Shown here piece by piece: positions 13,240-26,900 of a DNA stretch of 64,000 nucleotides; the stretch's first letter is position 1, and each line of letters opens with the position of its first letter. Below the pieces are notes generated by a model. The model saw only the letters and a program-made list of their open reading frames with translations. It was not told the origin of the DNA and did no database searches. The stretch spans positions 22,704,571-22,768,570 of the forward strand of contig NC_081362.1 of the NCBI RefSeq assembly GCF_030684315.1. Direction: 5' to 3'. The DNA comes from Stegostoma tigrinum (Eukaryota). A program made the position numbers and the translations under genes.

Positions 13240-13800
13240 TTTAATAGCTGAGGCATAGCATATAAGAGTAGAGAGGTTATGTTAGAGCTATATGAAACAC
13301 TAGTTAGGCCAGAAATTGAGTATTGTGTGCAGTTCTGGTCACCTCATTTCAGAAAGAATTTAATTGTCATCCAGTGGGCACAGAGGAGATTTACGAGGAT
13401 GTTGCTGAATTGGAAAATCGCAGCTATGAGGAAAGATTGGAAAGGCTTGGATTGCTTTTCTTCGAATAGAGGAGGCTGATAGCAGATTTGATTGAGGTGT
13501 ACAAGTTTGAGAAGGGTTTAGATGGAGAGGACACAAAGATCCTATTTGCCTTAGCAGAATGGGGCATACATTTAAAGTGACTGGTAGAAAGGTTAGAGGG
13601 GAAATGAGGAAACTGTTTCACATCCAGACATTCGTAGAGGGTCTGGAACTCATTGCCTGAAAAGTTGTGGAGGCAGAAACTTTTAACTCATTTAAAGGGT
13701 CTTTGATAGGCATTTAAATTCCCATAACCTCCAGATTTTAAGCACCAATTCCTAGAAAATGGGATTAGACCAGTTGGCTCACTTTCCAGCACTGTGGCCT
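13240..13800 (+). mobile_element. CR1 LINE 3' fragment
   Basis: MLELYETLVRPEIEYCVQFWSPHFRK...AQRRFTRML. Confidence 0.88.
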
Positions 13801-14584
13801 TCTTTTGTGCCACAAACCTTTTTACATTATTGAGATATTTGAAAGAAGGAGTGTACATTTTATTATCTTGGATTCTCCAGCATGTACAGAATGCGGGTTA
13901 CTACCAGTGGAATGGCAGTATATTGGAAAGCCAACATGAACATAATAGGTTGAATGGCTTTCTCCGATGCTGTAATGATTTTATCATACAAGTCACTTGT
14001 TACATTTATCATTGATATCTGCTTCAATCATCGCATTTAGAATTTACATTCTCAGCATTTTCTGTGTAAAGGAAATCTTCTGAATACTTTATTTTACCTG
14101 TTATTGGCTATCGTATATTTTTGCCCCCTCGCTGTGTACTCACACACAAGTGGAAACAGTTTCCCCCATCTGCCCTATTGAGCCGTTTTACAATTTTAAG
14201 ACCTCTCCTCGGTCTACTCAGCCCTTTATTTCTAAAATCATTGTACCTGTCTATACCAATCACTAGATCATTTTTTCTAATATCAACATCTGGTTAATTC
14301 TGTAAATCCGATCACCCCAGTGTTTTTTTTTCTGCATTTATTCAGTACTTCACTATCCCTCCTGCAATGTGAAGACCAAAATTTGGATGGAGTACTCCAA
14401 CTATGCAAGCAAAGTTCAATAAAAATGTAATAATACCTGTTGATTGTTGTTTTATTCTTTCCATAATGGACCCATGTGTTTTCTTTGCACACTTTATAGT
14501 CTTGAGAAGTTTTGTTGGTAATAACCTTCTTCAGGCTGTCTACATCTGAAGATCTGGAATTCCCTCACTAAAGCTGTATCAAAC

Positions 14585-15355
14585 CATTTTTTTCCCTTAT
14601 TCATTTGTGGGATTTGGGCATCTCTGGCTCGCCAGCATTTCTTGCCCATTCCTACTTGCCCTGGAGAAGGTGGTGATGAGCTGCCTTCTTGAATGACTGC
14701 GGTCCACCTGCTGTGGGTTGACCCACAATGCTATTAGGGAGGGAATTCCAGGATTTTTGACCCAGCAACAGTCACGGAGCGGCAATATATTTCCAAGTCA
14801 GGATGGTGAGTGGCTTGGAGGTTGTAGTCTTCCCATATGGCTGATCCCCTTGTCCTTCTAGTTGGAAGTAGTTGTCAGTTTGGAAGGTGCAGTCTGAGGA
14901 TCTTTGGTGAATTTCTGCAGTGCAAGTTGTCGGTAGTACACACTGCTGCTACTGAGCATCAGTGGTGGGGGAGTGGATACTTGTGGATGTAGTGCTAATC
15001 AAGTGGGCTGCTTTGTCCTGGATGGTGTCAAGCTTCTTGAGAGTTGTTAGGGCTGCACTCATCCAGGCAAGTGGGGAGTATTCCATCACACTCCTGACTT
15101 GTGCCTTGTAGATGGTGGACAGGCTTTGAGGAGTCAGATGAGTTACTCACCTTGATTGACCTCCAGCAACCATGACCATCTTTCTATGTGTCAGGTATGA
15201 ATCCAACCACTAGAGAGTTTGCCCCTTGACACCCATTGATTCCAAGTTTGCTATGGCTCCTTGATGCCACACTCAGTTGAATGCAGTCTTGATATCAAGG
15301 GCTGACACTCTCACCTTACCTCTGGAATTCAGCTGTTTTGCTCATATTTGAACAA
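14585..15355 (-). mobile_element. CR1/L2-group LINE 3' half (resumes at 17040-17330 after a Penelope insertion)
   Basis: Homologous to 23945-27200 and 41130-43740; KQDKPNPANY..ISLFSVISKVMKG at 17029-17217. Confidence 0.8.
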
Positions 15356-15357
15356 AC

Positions 15358-17040
15358 AAGGGTTCCCAAGCAGAATATGAGTCGCTGTTCCTGTAACCTT
15401 TGGGTAGCATTGTTGTGGTACTGCAGGAGGTCCAGGATGGACATGTCGTCCGAGAAATGGAACTGGGAGTTGAAATGGTTTGCAACTGGGAGGTGCAGTT
15501 GTTTAGTGCGAACCGAGAATTCTTCGTAGGTTATGTGGAACAATCCCTCTTACCTACCTATACTGACCCTAAACCCCACCTCTTCCTCCGTTACATTGAT
15601 CATTGTATCGGCGCTGCTTCATGCTCCCACAAGGAGCTTGAATAGTTCATACACTTCACCAACACCTTCCACCCCAAACTTAAGTTCACCTGGACCATCT
15701 CCAATACCCCTCTCTCCTTCCTGGACCTCTCTGTTTCCATCTCTGGCAACCACCTAGAAACCAAGATCCATTTCAAACCTACCGACTCTCACAGCTACCT
15801 AGAATACACCTCCCCCCACCCATCTTCCTGCAAAAATGCCATTCCCTATTCCCAATTCCTTCATCTCCACCGCATCTGCTCCCAGGATGAGGCATTCCAC
15901 TCCCGTACATCTCAGATGTCCTCATTTTTCAAGCACCGCAACTTCCCCCAATCAGTGGTCGAGAACACCCTCGATCGTGTCAGCCGCAACTCATCCCTCA
16001 CACCCCCTCTCAACAATAACAACCAAACCAGAATCCCCCTCGTCCTCACATACCACCCCACCAACCTCCAGATCCAACCCATCAGCGTCCAACACTTCCG
16101 CCATCTGCAATCCGACCCCACCACTCCACATTTTTCCCTTCCCACCCTTATCTGCTTTCTGGAGGGACCACTCTCTCTGTGTCTCCCTTGTCCACTCCAC
16201 ACTGCCCTCCGGCACCACCACACCCAGCACTTTTCCCTACAACTGCAGGAAGCGCTACACGTGACCTTACATCTCCTCACTCACCCCCATCCCAGGCCCC
16301 AAGAAGACTTTCCACATCAACAGATGTTTACCTGCACATCTGCTAATGTGGTATACTGCATCCGCTGTTCCCGTTATGGCCTCTTCTGCATTGGGGAAAC
16401 CAAGCGGAGGCTTGGGGGGGGGGCTGCTTTGCAGAACACCTATGCTCGGTTTGCACTAAACAATTGCACCTCCCAGTCGCGAACCATTTCAACTCCCCCT
16501 CCCATTCCTCAGACAACATGTCCACCTCGGGCCTCCTGCAGTGCCACAATGATGCCACCTGAAGGTTGCAGGAATAGCAACACATATTCCGCTTGGGAAC
16601 CCCGCAGCTCAATGGTATCAATGTGGACTTCACAAGCTTCAAAATTTCCCCTCTCCTTACATTCCACAGTCAGCCCCGCTCGTCTCCAACTCCCTAACCT
16701 GTCCTTCCTCCCACCTATCCCCTCCTTCCACCTCAAGCCCCTCCCCCAACTCCTACCTACTAACTTCATCCCACGCCCTTGACCTGTCCGTCTTCCCTGG
16801 ACTGACCTATCTCCTCCCCACCTACACTCATTTCTACTGGCTCCATCTCTGCCTCTTTGACCTGCCTGTCTCCTCTCCACCTATCTTCTCATCTCTCCAT
16901 CCTCTACCCCCCCCCCCTCCCCTCTCTCCCTATTTATTTCAGAGCCCCCTTCCCCTCCCTGACTTCTGAAGAAGGGTCTAGGCTTGAAACATGAGCCTTC
17001 CTGCTCAGTCTGCTGTGTTCATCCAGTTCTACACCTTGTT
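15358..17040 (+). mobile_element. Penelope-like element (RT C-terminus, GIY-YIG, pLTR) with inverted 5' segment
   Basis: LFLRYIDHCIG (decayed RT YIDD), HFKPTDSHSYL, YCIRCSRYGLFCIGETKRRL; 15358-15515 is an inverted copy of the ~16440-16605 region. Confidence 0.9.
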
Positions 17041-18169
17041 GTCACTGAGCAGGTGCTGCTTGATAGTACTGTTGATGACACCTTTCATCACTTTACTGAT
17101 GACTGAGAATAGACTGATGGAGTAGTAGTTGGCTGGGTTGGGTTTGTCCTGTTTTTGTGTACAGGACATTTGTGGACAATTTTCCACACTTTTGGTTAGA
17201 GGCCAATGTTGTAACAATACTGGAACAGCTTGGCTTAGGGGAGTAACAAGTTCTGGACCATGAGTCTTCAGTACTATTGCCAGAACGTTGTCAGGGCCTC
17301 TAGCCTTTGCAGTATCCAGTGTATCTTAATGCTTAATTTTTTTGACAAATATTTAGATTACCAGTGATTGATTTATTTGTATTCCCCAAAAAAACTTTGT
17401 TCCTTGTCCCATCTTTTTAATGTGAGAATTTGAATCTGAAATGCATTAACTTGAAGGGGTGGTGGAATTGGATTTTGGACTAACTTCCAAATGGAACTTG
17501 TATAAATAATAATACAAAATGTAGGTGCTCTGCATAAATAGCTTCAGGTGAGGAGAAGATGCATGATTAAAAACTAAAAGAGCCAAAAGGTTGCTGGGTT
17601 ATGGTACTCCAGTTGGTTTCAAGTAAACGGCTGTCTTCACAGTTATTGGTGGCGTGAAGTTGCTGCAATTCCGTAATAAAAACTGAAGTCACCACATAAA
17701 GATAAGTTTAGTGATCAGTCTCTCAACACTTTAATCCGGTAAGTGTTAAATTGATGGGAGTAACTGTGTGGCTCAGCGAATTATTTACAAGCATTTTATT
17801 TTTACTTTGTTTGCTCTTGCTCTTAACCCGAAATTTCTCCTTCTCTTCCTCACCCCCGCCTTTTTCTTGTGCGCCTAATGTGAAATTAAACTTCAGTCAC
17901 ATTACACTTATTCTTCCTCACTCTTGCTCCCGTTATTAAATTGCCTTAAATCTAACTAGTGAATGAGATCCAGTTTTGTTTACAAAAACAGGTTGCTGGA
18001 AAAGCTCAGCATATCTGGCAGCCTCTGAAGAAAAATTTAGAGTTAACGTTTCGGGTCTACTGACCAGTTTCTTTTGTTTAACCTTGCTGCACCATTAATA
18101 TATCCTACATAAAGCGACTTGCCATGCAAAACAAAGCTAAATCGTAAACTAAATTAATGTATTTTTAAT

Positions 18170-18744
18170 GCATCCTTTTTCCGCTCCCAGGTTACTCCCG
18201 GAGGGATGGTAAACGTGTTGTCACGTGATTGTGTTTCAAAGGGCGAACAGAGTCCGCAAAAGCGCCAAACCCTGGTTAGGCCCCAGCTCAAATTAAACAG
18301 CTGCTTCTCAGATTGCCGGAGAGGAAGAAAAGTCGAGCTGGGGAAGGCTATCTATTGAACTAAACGTGTGCCTCTTTGGTCTTTCACTATTTTCAGAACT
18401 GTCTTGTAAGATACGGCAGCAGAAAAAAAAAACTGCTTGTAATTAACGACGGGAAGCGAGGAGTGTAGACTGGCAAATGAATCTCTTGCCCAATAAGAGA
18501 TTGAGACTGCAGAATGAAAGGTCCCCTAGTTCAAGAGGCTGAAGTAATTTGCTGCTGTAGATCGTTTACCCCGGAGCTGGAGGGTGAGCGTGCAATTTGG
18601 AACATTCACGCTGAGGTTTGATACAACGTTGAAACGCAAGAATTGCAATATCGGACCGAGGGGGCCAGTCAGCACCGCTACAGACCAGATCCGCAAACAA
18701 ACCCTTCAGCCACCAATATATTGTCATGCTGTACAACTGAAATC
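18170..18744 (+). promoter_or_regulatory. POLR3F promoter / 5' UTR region
   Basis: CpG-enriched, repeat-free stretch directly upstream of the ATG; E-box GTCACGTGA at 18220-18228. Confidence 0.6.
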
Positions 18745-18800
18745 ATGGCTGACGTGACAGTGAAGCAAGAAGCAGTAGATTCTGTGGGACTGGAAAGCAG
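18745..18800 (+). CDS. POLR3F: POLR3F exon 1 (MADVTVKQEAVDSVGLES)
   Basis: ATG in aatcATGG context, donor AG|gtag, 56 nt; similar to human MAEVKVK...EIENR. Confidence 0.88.
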
Positions 18801-19120
18801 GTAGTTTTTGTGTGGTTGGCTACGATGACAAGGTCGGGGCCGTTTTCGCGTTGTAAAAATTCTGAGTGAAGAAAGGTCGTCACTGATGCTATGAAAATTT
18901 CCATGCTTTTAAGACTTCGAGCAATGAGAGTATTTAACCTCTGTCTTCGCCGCATCTCCTAGCCGTGTTGTTTGTCTTGCTTACGTTGCACTTAGTAGAA
19001 AGGGTCAGTTCGCTGCTTTTCACATCTCAATTCACATTTTGATTTAAGATAACTAAGTGTGAAGCTGGATGAACACAGCAGGCCAAGCAGCATTTCAGGA
19101 GCACAAAAGCTGACATTTTG

Positions 19121-19394
19121 ATTTGATTAGATTAGATTACCTACAGTATGGAAACAGGGCCTTCGGCCCAACAAGTCCACACCGCCCCTTGAAGCATCCC
19201 ACACACCCCTGAACACTACGGGCAATTTAGCAAGGCCAATCCACCTAACCTGCACATCTTTGGACAGTAGGAGGAAGTCCACGCAGACACGGGGAGAATG
19301 TGCAAACTCCACACAGTTGTCCGAGGCTGGAATCGAACCCGGGTTCCTGGTGCTGTGAGGCTGCAGTGCTAACCACTAAGCCACCATACAACCC
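19121..19394 (-). mobile_element. HE1 SINE (tRNA-derived V-SINE)
   Basis: Minus-strand A box TGGCTTAGTGG, B box GGTTCGATTCC, (tctaa)n tail. Confidence 0.9.
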
Positions 19395-19719
19395 TTGCAT
19401 CTTTTCCACTATTAACAACCCTCTTGTATTTTGCTTTGGGCCTCCATACAATCTTCGCTCTTGCTCATCGACTGTCTTTTGTCAAAAAGTATTTTTTTAA
19501 AAAAAACATTTCCAGTTTTCAGTTCTGATGAAGGCATACCTGACTCAAAATGTTGTCTCGCTCTCTCCACAGATGCTAAACTTCTCCATGTTGCACCTTT
19601 TTGAATGTAATGGAATAACCTTAAGCACTTCACAGACATTATAGAGCAAAATATGATGGGGAGCCTCATGATCAAAAGCTCAGTGAGGGGTGTGGGAGTG
19701 GGAAATGATTGAGAGGCAG

Positions 19720-21665
19720 AGGCATAGAGATATACAGCGTGAAAACTGACCCTCTAGTCCAATTCATCCATGCTGACCAGATATCCTGAATAAATCTAGT
19801 CATATTTACCAGCGTTTGGCCCTAAATCCTTCCTACTCGTGTACCCATCCAGATGCTATTTAAATGTTGTAATTGTACCAGCCTCCATCACTTCCTCTGG
19901 CAGCTCATTCCATACACAAACCACACTACATGAAAATTTTGCCCCTTAGGTCTCTTTTTAAAAATCTCTCTGCTCTCAACTTAAACCTATGCTGTCTAAC
20001 TTTAGACACATCCACCCAGGAATAAGACCTTGTCTCAGCCCACCACTGATGCCAGTCTCACTGGTCTACAATCCCGGGCTTTTCTTTGCCTCCTTTCTTA
20101 AATAGTGGCACAACATTAGCCAACTACCAGTCTTACGACACCTCACCTGTGGCTATTGATACAGTATCTCAGCAACGGTCCCAGCAATCTGTTGCCTTGC
20201 ATCCCCCAGAGTTCTAGATTACACCTGATCAGGTCCTGGGGATTTATCTACATTTTGTGTTTGAGACATTCAACACTTCTTCCTCTGAAATATGGACATT
20301 TTTCAAGATGGTGCTATTTATCCCCCAAGTTCTCTAACTTCCATATTCTTCTCCACAATGAGCACTAATGCAAAATACTCATTTAGTTTCTGCTCCATCT
20401 CCTGTGGTCTCACGTGTAGGTAGCCCTGCTGATTTTTAAGTGGCTGTATTCTCTCCCTAGTTACCCTTCTGTCTTTAATGTAACTTTAGATTTCTTTTGG
20501 ATTCTCATTAACTACATTTGCAAAAGCTATTTCACGTTCCTGTCTCTCTCTTTTTGCCGTCATGACTTCCCTCTTCAGTATATTCCTACTGTTGTTATAC
20601 TCTCTTCTAGGGATTCACTCGATCTCTACTATGTATCCCTGATGTATGCTTCCTCCTTTTTCTTGATGGAAACCTCTAGTCATCCAGCATTCCCTATACC
20701 TATCAGCCTTGTCCTTCACCCTAACAGTAACATACTGTCTCTGGACTCTCATTATCTCAATTTTGAATGTTATCCATTTTCCAGCCATCCCTTTTCCTGC
20801 GAACATCTGACCCCATCAACTTTTGAAAGTTCTTGCCTAATACCATCAAAATTGCCCTAGCTCCATTTAAACTTTTAACTTTTAGATCCAGTCTATCCTT
20901 TTGCATCACTATTTTAATTATCATCACTTGCCCCAAAGTGTTCCCCCACTGACACCTCAGTCACCTGCGCTGCCTCATTTCCCAAGAGATGGTCAAGTTT
21001 TGCACCTTCTCTAGTAGGTACATCCTCATACTGAATAAGAAAATTTTCTTGTGCATACTTAACAAATTCCTCTTTATCCAAGCCTTTAACACTCTGGCAG
21101 TGCCAGTCCACTTTTGGAAAATTAAAATCCCCTACCATAACCACCCTATTATTCTTGCAGATAACTGACACCTCCGTACAAAGTTGTTCTTTTTTCAATT
21201 TCCTGCTGATTTACCGGGGACATCTATATTACGATCCCAATAAGGTTTGTCATTTCTTTTCTTTCTTCTCAGTTCCACCCAAATTACCCGTCTGGACATA
21301 AACACCAATACCCGTCCCCTCTTCCCACCACCACTCCCCACAGCAATCTCTCCTCCTTTTTTTTTTCCCCCCACACCCCCGCCCCATTCTTCCTATAGCA
21401 TCGATGCTGTTAAAACAGCAAGCGGTTGGTCCTGTCCACCCCTGAGCCACGTCTCTTTATATTTGCTATGTTATCCCAATCCCATGTTTCTAACCATGCC
21501 CCGGGTTCATCTGTCTTACCTATTGGGTGTCTTGCATTGAAATAAATGCAGTTTAACATATCAGTCCTTCCTCATTCTCTACTTTGTTCCTGCCTGCCCC
21601 AACTGTTTGACTTGCTCCATTTCCCGACTGTATCATTCTCAGACTGCTCTCTTTCCACACTTATC
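19720..21665 (-). mobile_element. CR1 LINE with internal deletions, including endonuclease region
   Basis: VVMVGDFNFPKVDW...PTREGAKLDHLLGN...VGEHFGASD. Confidence 0.85.
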
Positions 21666-21738
21666 TCCCTGGGTCTCAACCCCATGTAGGAAGTGAGTTG
21701 AGTTTGTGGCCTAGGCAACTGAAGGCATGGTCACTAAT

Positions 21739-22467
21739 TTTTTTTAAAAAAAAATTTAAATAAAATATTTTAGTTGTAGAATATACAAAAAATAAACATA
21801 TTTATGCACCCATCCAGTCGTGCTAGCCGCTCTGGGTTACCCTGGGGGTACGTACAGCAACTAAAAGAAAGCAAAACCAAAGGAAAAACCCTGGTGATCA
21901 TGTCCCTGCACTGTCCCCGTTGGCCCCCTGACCAGTTGGGGAAGGCGCCAGCTGGGCCCAGTTGCCAAGTGGGCACCTGTTGCATTCTGGCCGAGGGGGT
22001 TTCATACGGTGGTCTTTCCCCACCGTGCTTTGGTGGCAGCTACCCCAAGCTTTAGTGCATCCCTCAGCACGTAGTCCTGGACCTTGGAGTGCACCAGTCT
22101 GCAACACTCGGTTGGGGTCAGTTGTGTCAGCAGGCAGACCAGCAAGTTGCAGGCAGACCAAACAGTGTCTTTCACCGCATTGATGGTCCTCCAGGCGCAG
22201 TTGATGCCAGTCTCGGTGTGCGTCCCGGGAAACAGCCCGTGGAGCACGGAGTCCCGTGTCACGGAGCTGCTCAGGACGAACCTCCACAAATACCACTGCA
22301 TCCCTCTTCAGACCTCCTGCACATAGGCACGCTCCAGAAGGAGGTGATTGACAGTCTCGTTTCTCTTCCCCGCCGCCGCCACCTCGAGGGCAGGGTGCTG
22401 TGGTGCTGAGATTCCGGGCGTGCATAAATGATCTCACTGGCAGAGCCCCCCACCCCCAGCCAAGCAA
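21739..22467 (-). mobile_element. 5'-truncated Tx1/L1-clade LINE with A-rich tail and 19-bp TSD
   Basis: ORF2 C-terminus VLHGLFPGTHTETGINCAWRTINAVKD...DYVLRDALKLG; TSD tgaaggcatggtcactaat at 21720-21738 and 22468-22486. Confidence 0.85.
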
Positions 22468-23694
22468 TGAAGGCATGGTCACTAATGTAACAATTAAGAG
22501 AATTATAGGAAACTTAGAGGCAATTCAGCCCGTTCTGTCTCTACTAGCTATATAAAATAACCTCCCATTTTGGTCCTACTTACCAGCACCTCGTCCATAG
22601 CCTTGCTGGTTACAGTGCTTCAGCTGCATGTCCTGGCTCCTTTTGAAATGAGTTGTTTCTACCTCCAACCGCCAAACTGAACAGATTCTAAACACCTACC
22701 ACTCTCTTGAGAATGTTTTCCCTCCTATCCTCTTTGATCTTTCTACTGATCACCTTAAATCTGTGCGTCCAGTAATAGACCTCCCTGCTAGGGGAAACAA
22801 GTAATTTGTGTCCACTTTTCAATTATGTCCCTTCTGTGATGTTAACACAACTGTACACAACTCCAAATTTCCCATTCATGCCTTCCACATTACGTATAAA
22901 TAACTTGTGTATATAGTGATGTGTACTGGTACGTGTACTTGGAGTTGGGTGGGATGGGGTCTGGATGCCTGTACAGCCCTTTTGAGGACAGGTTGAGGAC
23001 ATTGGACCTGTATTTTCTAGAATTTAGAATAATGAGAGATAATCCCATTTTAAAAAAAAACTTCCAAAACGTTGAGGGGTAGATAGGGTGGACCCAGGAA
23101 GAATATTTTCATTGGCTAGATTGTGGGGAATGGCCTATAACAATGAACGCTGTCTTCAAATAGAATAAAAGGCAAGATCATTAGATTTCCAGTTGCTAAT
23201 TTCATTAAGGAATAAGAGGTCAGTGTGGGAAAGTGACATCAAGGTCAATGATTGGCCAGGATCCAGAATGTAGAGCAGGCTCAAGGGGCTGAACAGTTTA
23301 ATTCTATTCCTGTGTTCCAAGACTCTATGTAAAGATTGGTTTTGGTATCAGGTACACTTTCTTGATGTAAGTTCATACTGGTATGCCTTCGCATCAGTTG
23401 TGATGGAAGAGAAATTGGAGTATAGGCAACAACTCTAACTTTAAAAGAATTCAGAATTTCATTCAATTGTACTTTTTGCACATGGTTTATTGACTCCTCC
23501 ATGCCATTGCCATGTAACATAAACTGTATGTTCTCTGTTCCATCACTGGGAAATGCAGTACTGAGGTGGTACGCTCTGAATATTGTTCCAGTGTCTTGTA
23601 GTATCTGGAACATACTTGCATATTACTGAGTCTTAGCAGCTAAATTAGACCACACAGTTGTTACATTGACTTATCATTTCTTCTTTACTTCCAG

Positions 23695-23812
23695 GATTTT
23701 GGAACTCTGCCAGCAGTTCCCACAAGGAATCACAGATCAAGTTATTCAGAATGACATGCCACATGTGGAGCCACAGAAGAGGGCAATGGCAATCAACAGA
23801 CTTCTTGCAATA
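23695..23812 (+). CDS. POLR3F: POLR3F exon 2 (ILELCQQFPQGITDQVIQNDMPHVEPQKRAMAINRLLAI)
   Basis: ccag acceptor and gtaggc donor, 118 nt; closely matches RPC6. Confidence 0.96.
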
Positions 23813-23944
23813 GTAGGCTGTTGTATATTCATAAATCACTTTGTATTCATACAGTGTTTATTTTGACATCTAACTGATGCACTTTGGACTGTTTGCTGAA
23901 ATTTTTGTGGTGTAGTTGCTACAGTGTAAGAGTGTACATGATGA

Positions 23945-26900
23945 GGGGGGGATGGTGATGGCCTAGTGGTATTATTGCTAGACCATTAATCTCGAAACTT
24001 GGGTAATGTTCTGGGTGCAAATCCTTCCATATCAGATTGTGGAATTAAGATTCTAATGATGTCCGTGAAACCGCTAATTGTTGGGGGAGAAATAAAACCA
24101 ATTTGGTTCACTAATGAAGTTCAGGGAAGGAAATCTATAATCTTTACCTGGTCTCGCCTGCATGTGACTCTAGATGCACAATGATGTGCGAAATACTGGA
24201 CTAGCCACTCAGTTGTTTCGATTGTTACGAAATCTCAAAATGAAGTGAAACCAGATAGGCTACCTGGTTTCAACCTAGGACCTGGAAACAATGGCAAAAA
24301 CAGCCCTGTCAACCTTTCAAAGTCCTCCTTACTAGCAACTGGAGCTAGTGCCAAAACTGGGACAGCTGTCTCTCGGACTAGACAAACACCAGCCTGACAT
24401 TGTCTTTCAGGTATGGCTCCACAAGTATGATTATGTCCTAGATGTTATCACCATCCCTGGCTATGTCCTGTCCAACCAACAGATCAGGCCTAGCAGGGGC
24501 ATTGGGACAGTGTATTGCAGCTGGGAGGGAGTTGCCCTCAGAGTCTTCGATATTTACCCCAGACCCTGTGACGTCTGGTGGCACTAGGTCAAGCATGGGC
24601 ATGAAACCTACAGCTGGTTACCACTTGCTATCCTCCCTTGGCTGCTGACTGTACTCTTCCATTTAAACAACATTTAGATGAAGCACTGAGGGTGGCAAGG
24701 GTGCAGAATGTGCTCCCTAGCAAGAGTGGCTCTACAGCAGCACCACCAAGCTGCTCACACCCTGAAAGTCATATCTGTAAGACTGGGTCTGCAGCAGGTG
24801 GTGAGAGGACAAACAGGTGTGACCACATCCTCACTAGCCTGCCAACTGCAGATGCATCTATCCATGACAGTGTCAGTAACGAATTACCACACAGTCCATG
24901 TAGAGATGGAAGTTCTGCCTTCATATTCAACTTTGCTTACACTACATTGTGTGGCATTATCGTTCAGCTGAATGGTCCGAACTGAAATGAACTGATTTAG
25001 CACCTTGAGACTGGGCATCCAAAAAGTGCTTTGGACCATCAGTAGCAGAATCTTATTTGAACACAAACTGCAACCTCATGGCCTGGCTTATCTGTTATTC
25101 TACTATTGAACCAGTGGATCAATCTTGATTCAATAACGAGTGGAGGAGTGTGTGCCAGGAGAAGCGCTAGGCATACTTTTTGGGGGGGGAAAAAACTTAG
25201 TTATGCCTCGCAACAGGACTACTTGCATGCCAAATAGTATAAGCAGCAAGTGATAGCCAGAGCTAAACAGATCTAAGCTGTGTAGTCCTGCCACATCCAA
25301 ACAATTCACTGAAGGAGGTAGTTCCACAAATATCCCCATCCTCTGATGGAAGGGCCTAATACGTCATTGCAGAAGATAAGTATTCGCAGCAATCTTCAAT
25401 CAAAGTACCAAGTGGGTGACCCATCTATCTCATCCAGTGGTTCCCCCTATTACAGAGCCAGTCTTCAGCCAATTTGAATCACTCTATGAAATCAAGAAAT
25501 GGTTGGACTACAAAAGCTGTGGGCCTTGATAACATTTCCAGCAGTAATGCTGAAGACTTGTGCTGCAAAATTTCCTGCACCCCTAGCTAAGCTAAACCAG
25601 AACAACTACCTGACAATATGGAAAATTGCCCAGGTTACGTCATGTACTCCAAAACCAGGACAAATCTAACTCCGCTAATTACTGTACCACCAGTCTTCTC
25701 TCCATTATCAGTAAACTGATGGAACAGCAGCACCTACTGAAGAATAACCTACTCATTGATTCCACAAGTCCACTCACCTGACTGTATTATAGCTTTTGTT
25801 AAAACATGGTCAAAAGAGATGAATTCCAAAAGTGAAACTGACAGCCATTGATCTAAAGATCATATTTGACCAAGTGTGGTATCAAAGTGCCCTCACAAAA
25901 CTGGCATCACTGGGAATTATGGCAAAGCTCTCTGCCAGTCGGAATCATACCCGGCATACAGGAAGATGGTTCTTGTTACTGGAAGACAGTTATCTCAGCT
26001 CCAAGACATTTGTGCAGAAGTGCTCCAGGGTAGTGTCCTAGGCCCAAACACATTCACCTGCTGCTTCAATGACCTTCTCTCTTCTTCATAAAGTCAAAAC
26101 TAGGGATGTTGGCCAATGTTCAGCACCCTTTGCTATTCCTCAGGTACTGAAGCAGTCCAAATGTAGCAATAACTAGACAATATCCAGGCTTTAACTGAAA
26201 AGTAACAAATAACGTTTGCCTGACAATTGTGTGGCACAATGACAATCTCTTAGAGTCAATGCCGCCTCACTGCGCCAGGGACCTGGATTCAATTCCAGTC
26301 TCGGATGACTGTTTGTTTATATAGAGTTTGCACATCCTCGTGTCTGTGTGGATTTCCTCCTGATGCTCTGGTTTCCTCCCACAGACCAAAGGTGTGCACG
26401 TTAGGTGAATGTGGCCAATTGTATCCAGGGATGTACAAGCTAGGTGGATTAGCCTAGCTAATGCAGGGTTGTAGAGGTTGGAGTCTGGGTGGGATGCTCT
26501 TCGTAGGGTTGGTGTGGACTCTGAATCTACAGAGTGCCCAATGATTAATTTAACCACCGCACCTTGATATCCAGCAGTGTTAGAACCTCTGTATCCCCCA
26601 CTTTCAACATCCTGGGGGTTACCATAGACCAGAAATTTATTTGGACTTTCCCTATAAATACACTGGCTACAAGACTAGGGCAGTGGCTCAGAATACAGTG
26701 GTGCATAACCTGTCCTCCATCTACAAGGCATCAGGAATGTACTTGCCACTTGTCTTGATGAGTGCAACTCCAACCAGAAGGAGAACTTGACACAACTTGG
26801 GACAGAGCAGCCTGCTTGATTGACACCACATCCACAAACATTCAGTCACTCCTCCACAGACACTCCATAGTGGCTATTTGTACTATCTACAAGATGCACT

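Noticed and set aside
15916-16782. 288-aa ORF, the longest in the track
   Set aside because: Frameshifted Penelope remnant drifting in and out of the true reading frame; not a host gene
21898-22482. GC-rich 194-aa ORF / possible CpG-island gene
   Set aside because: Alternative frame of the Tx1-like LINE bounded by TSDs
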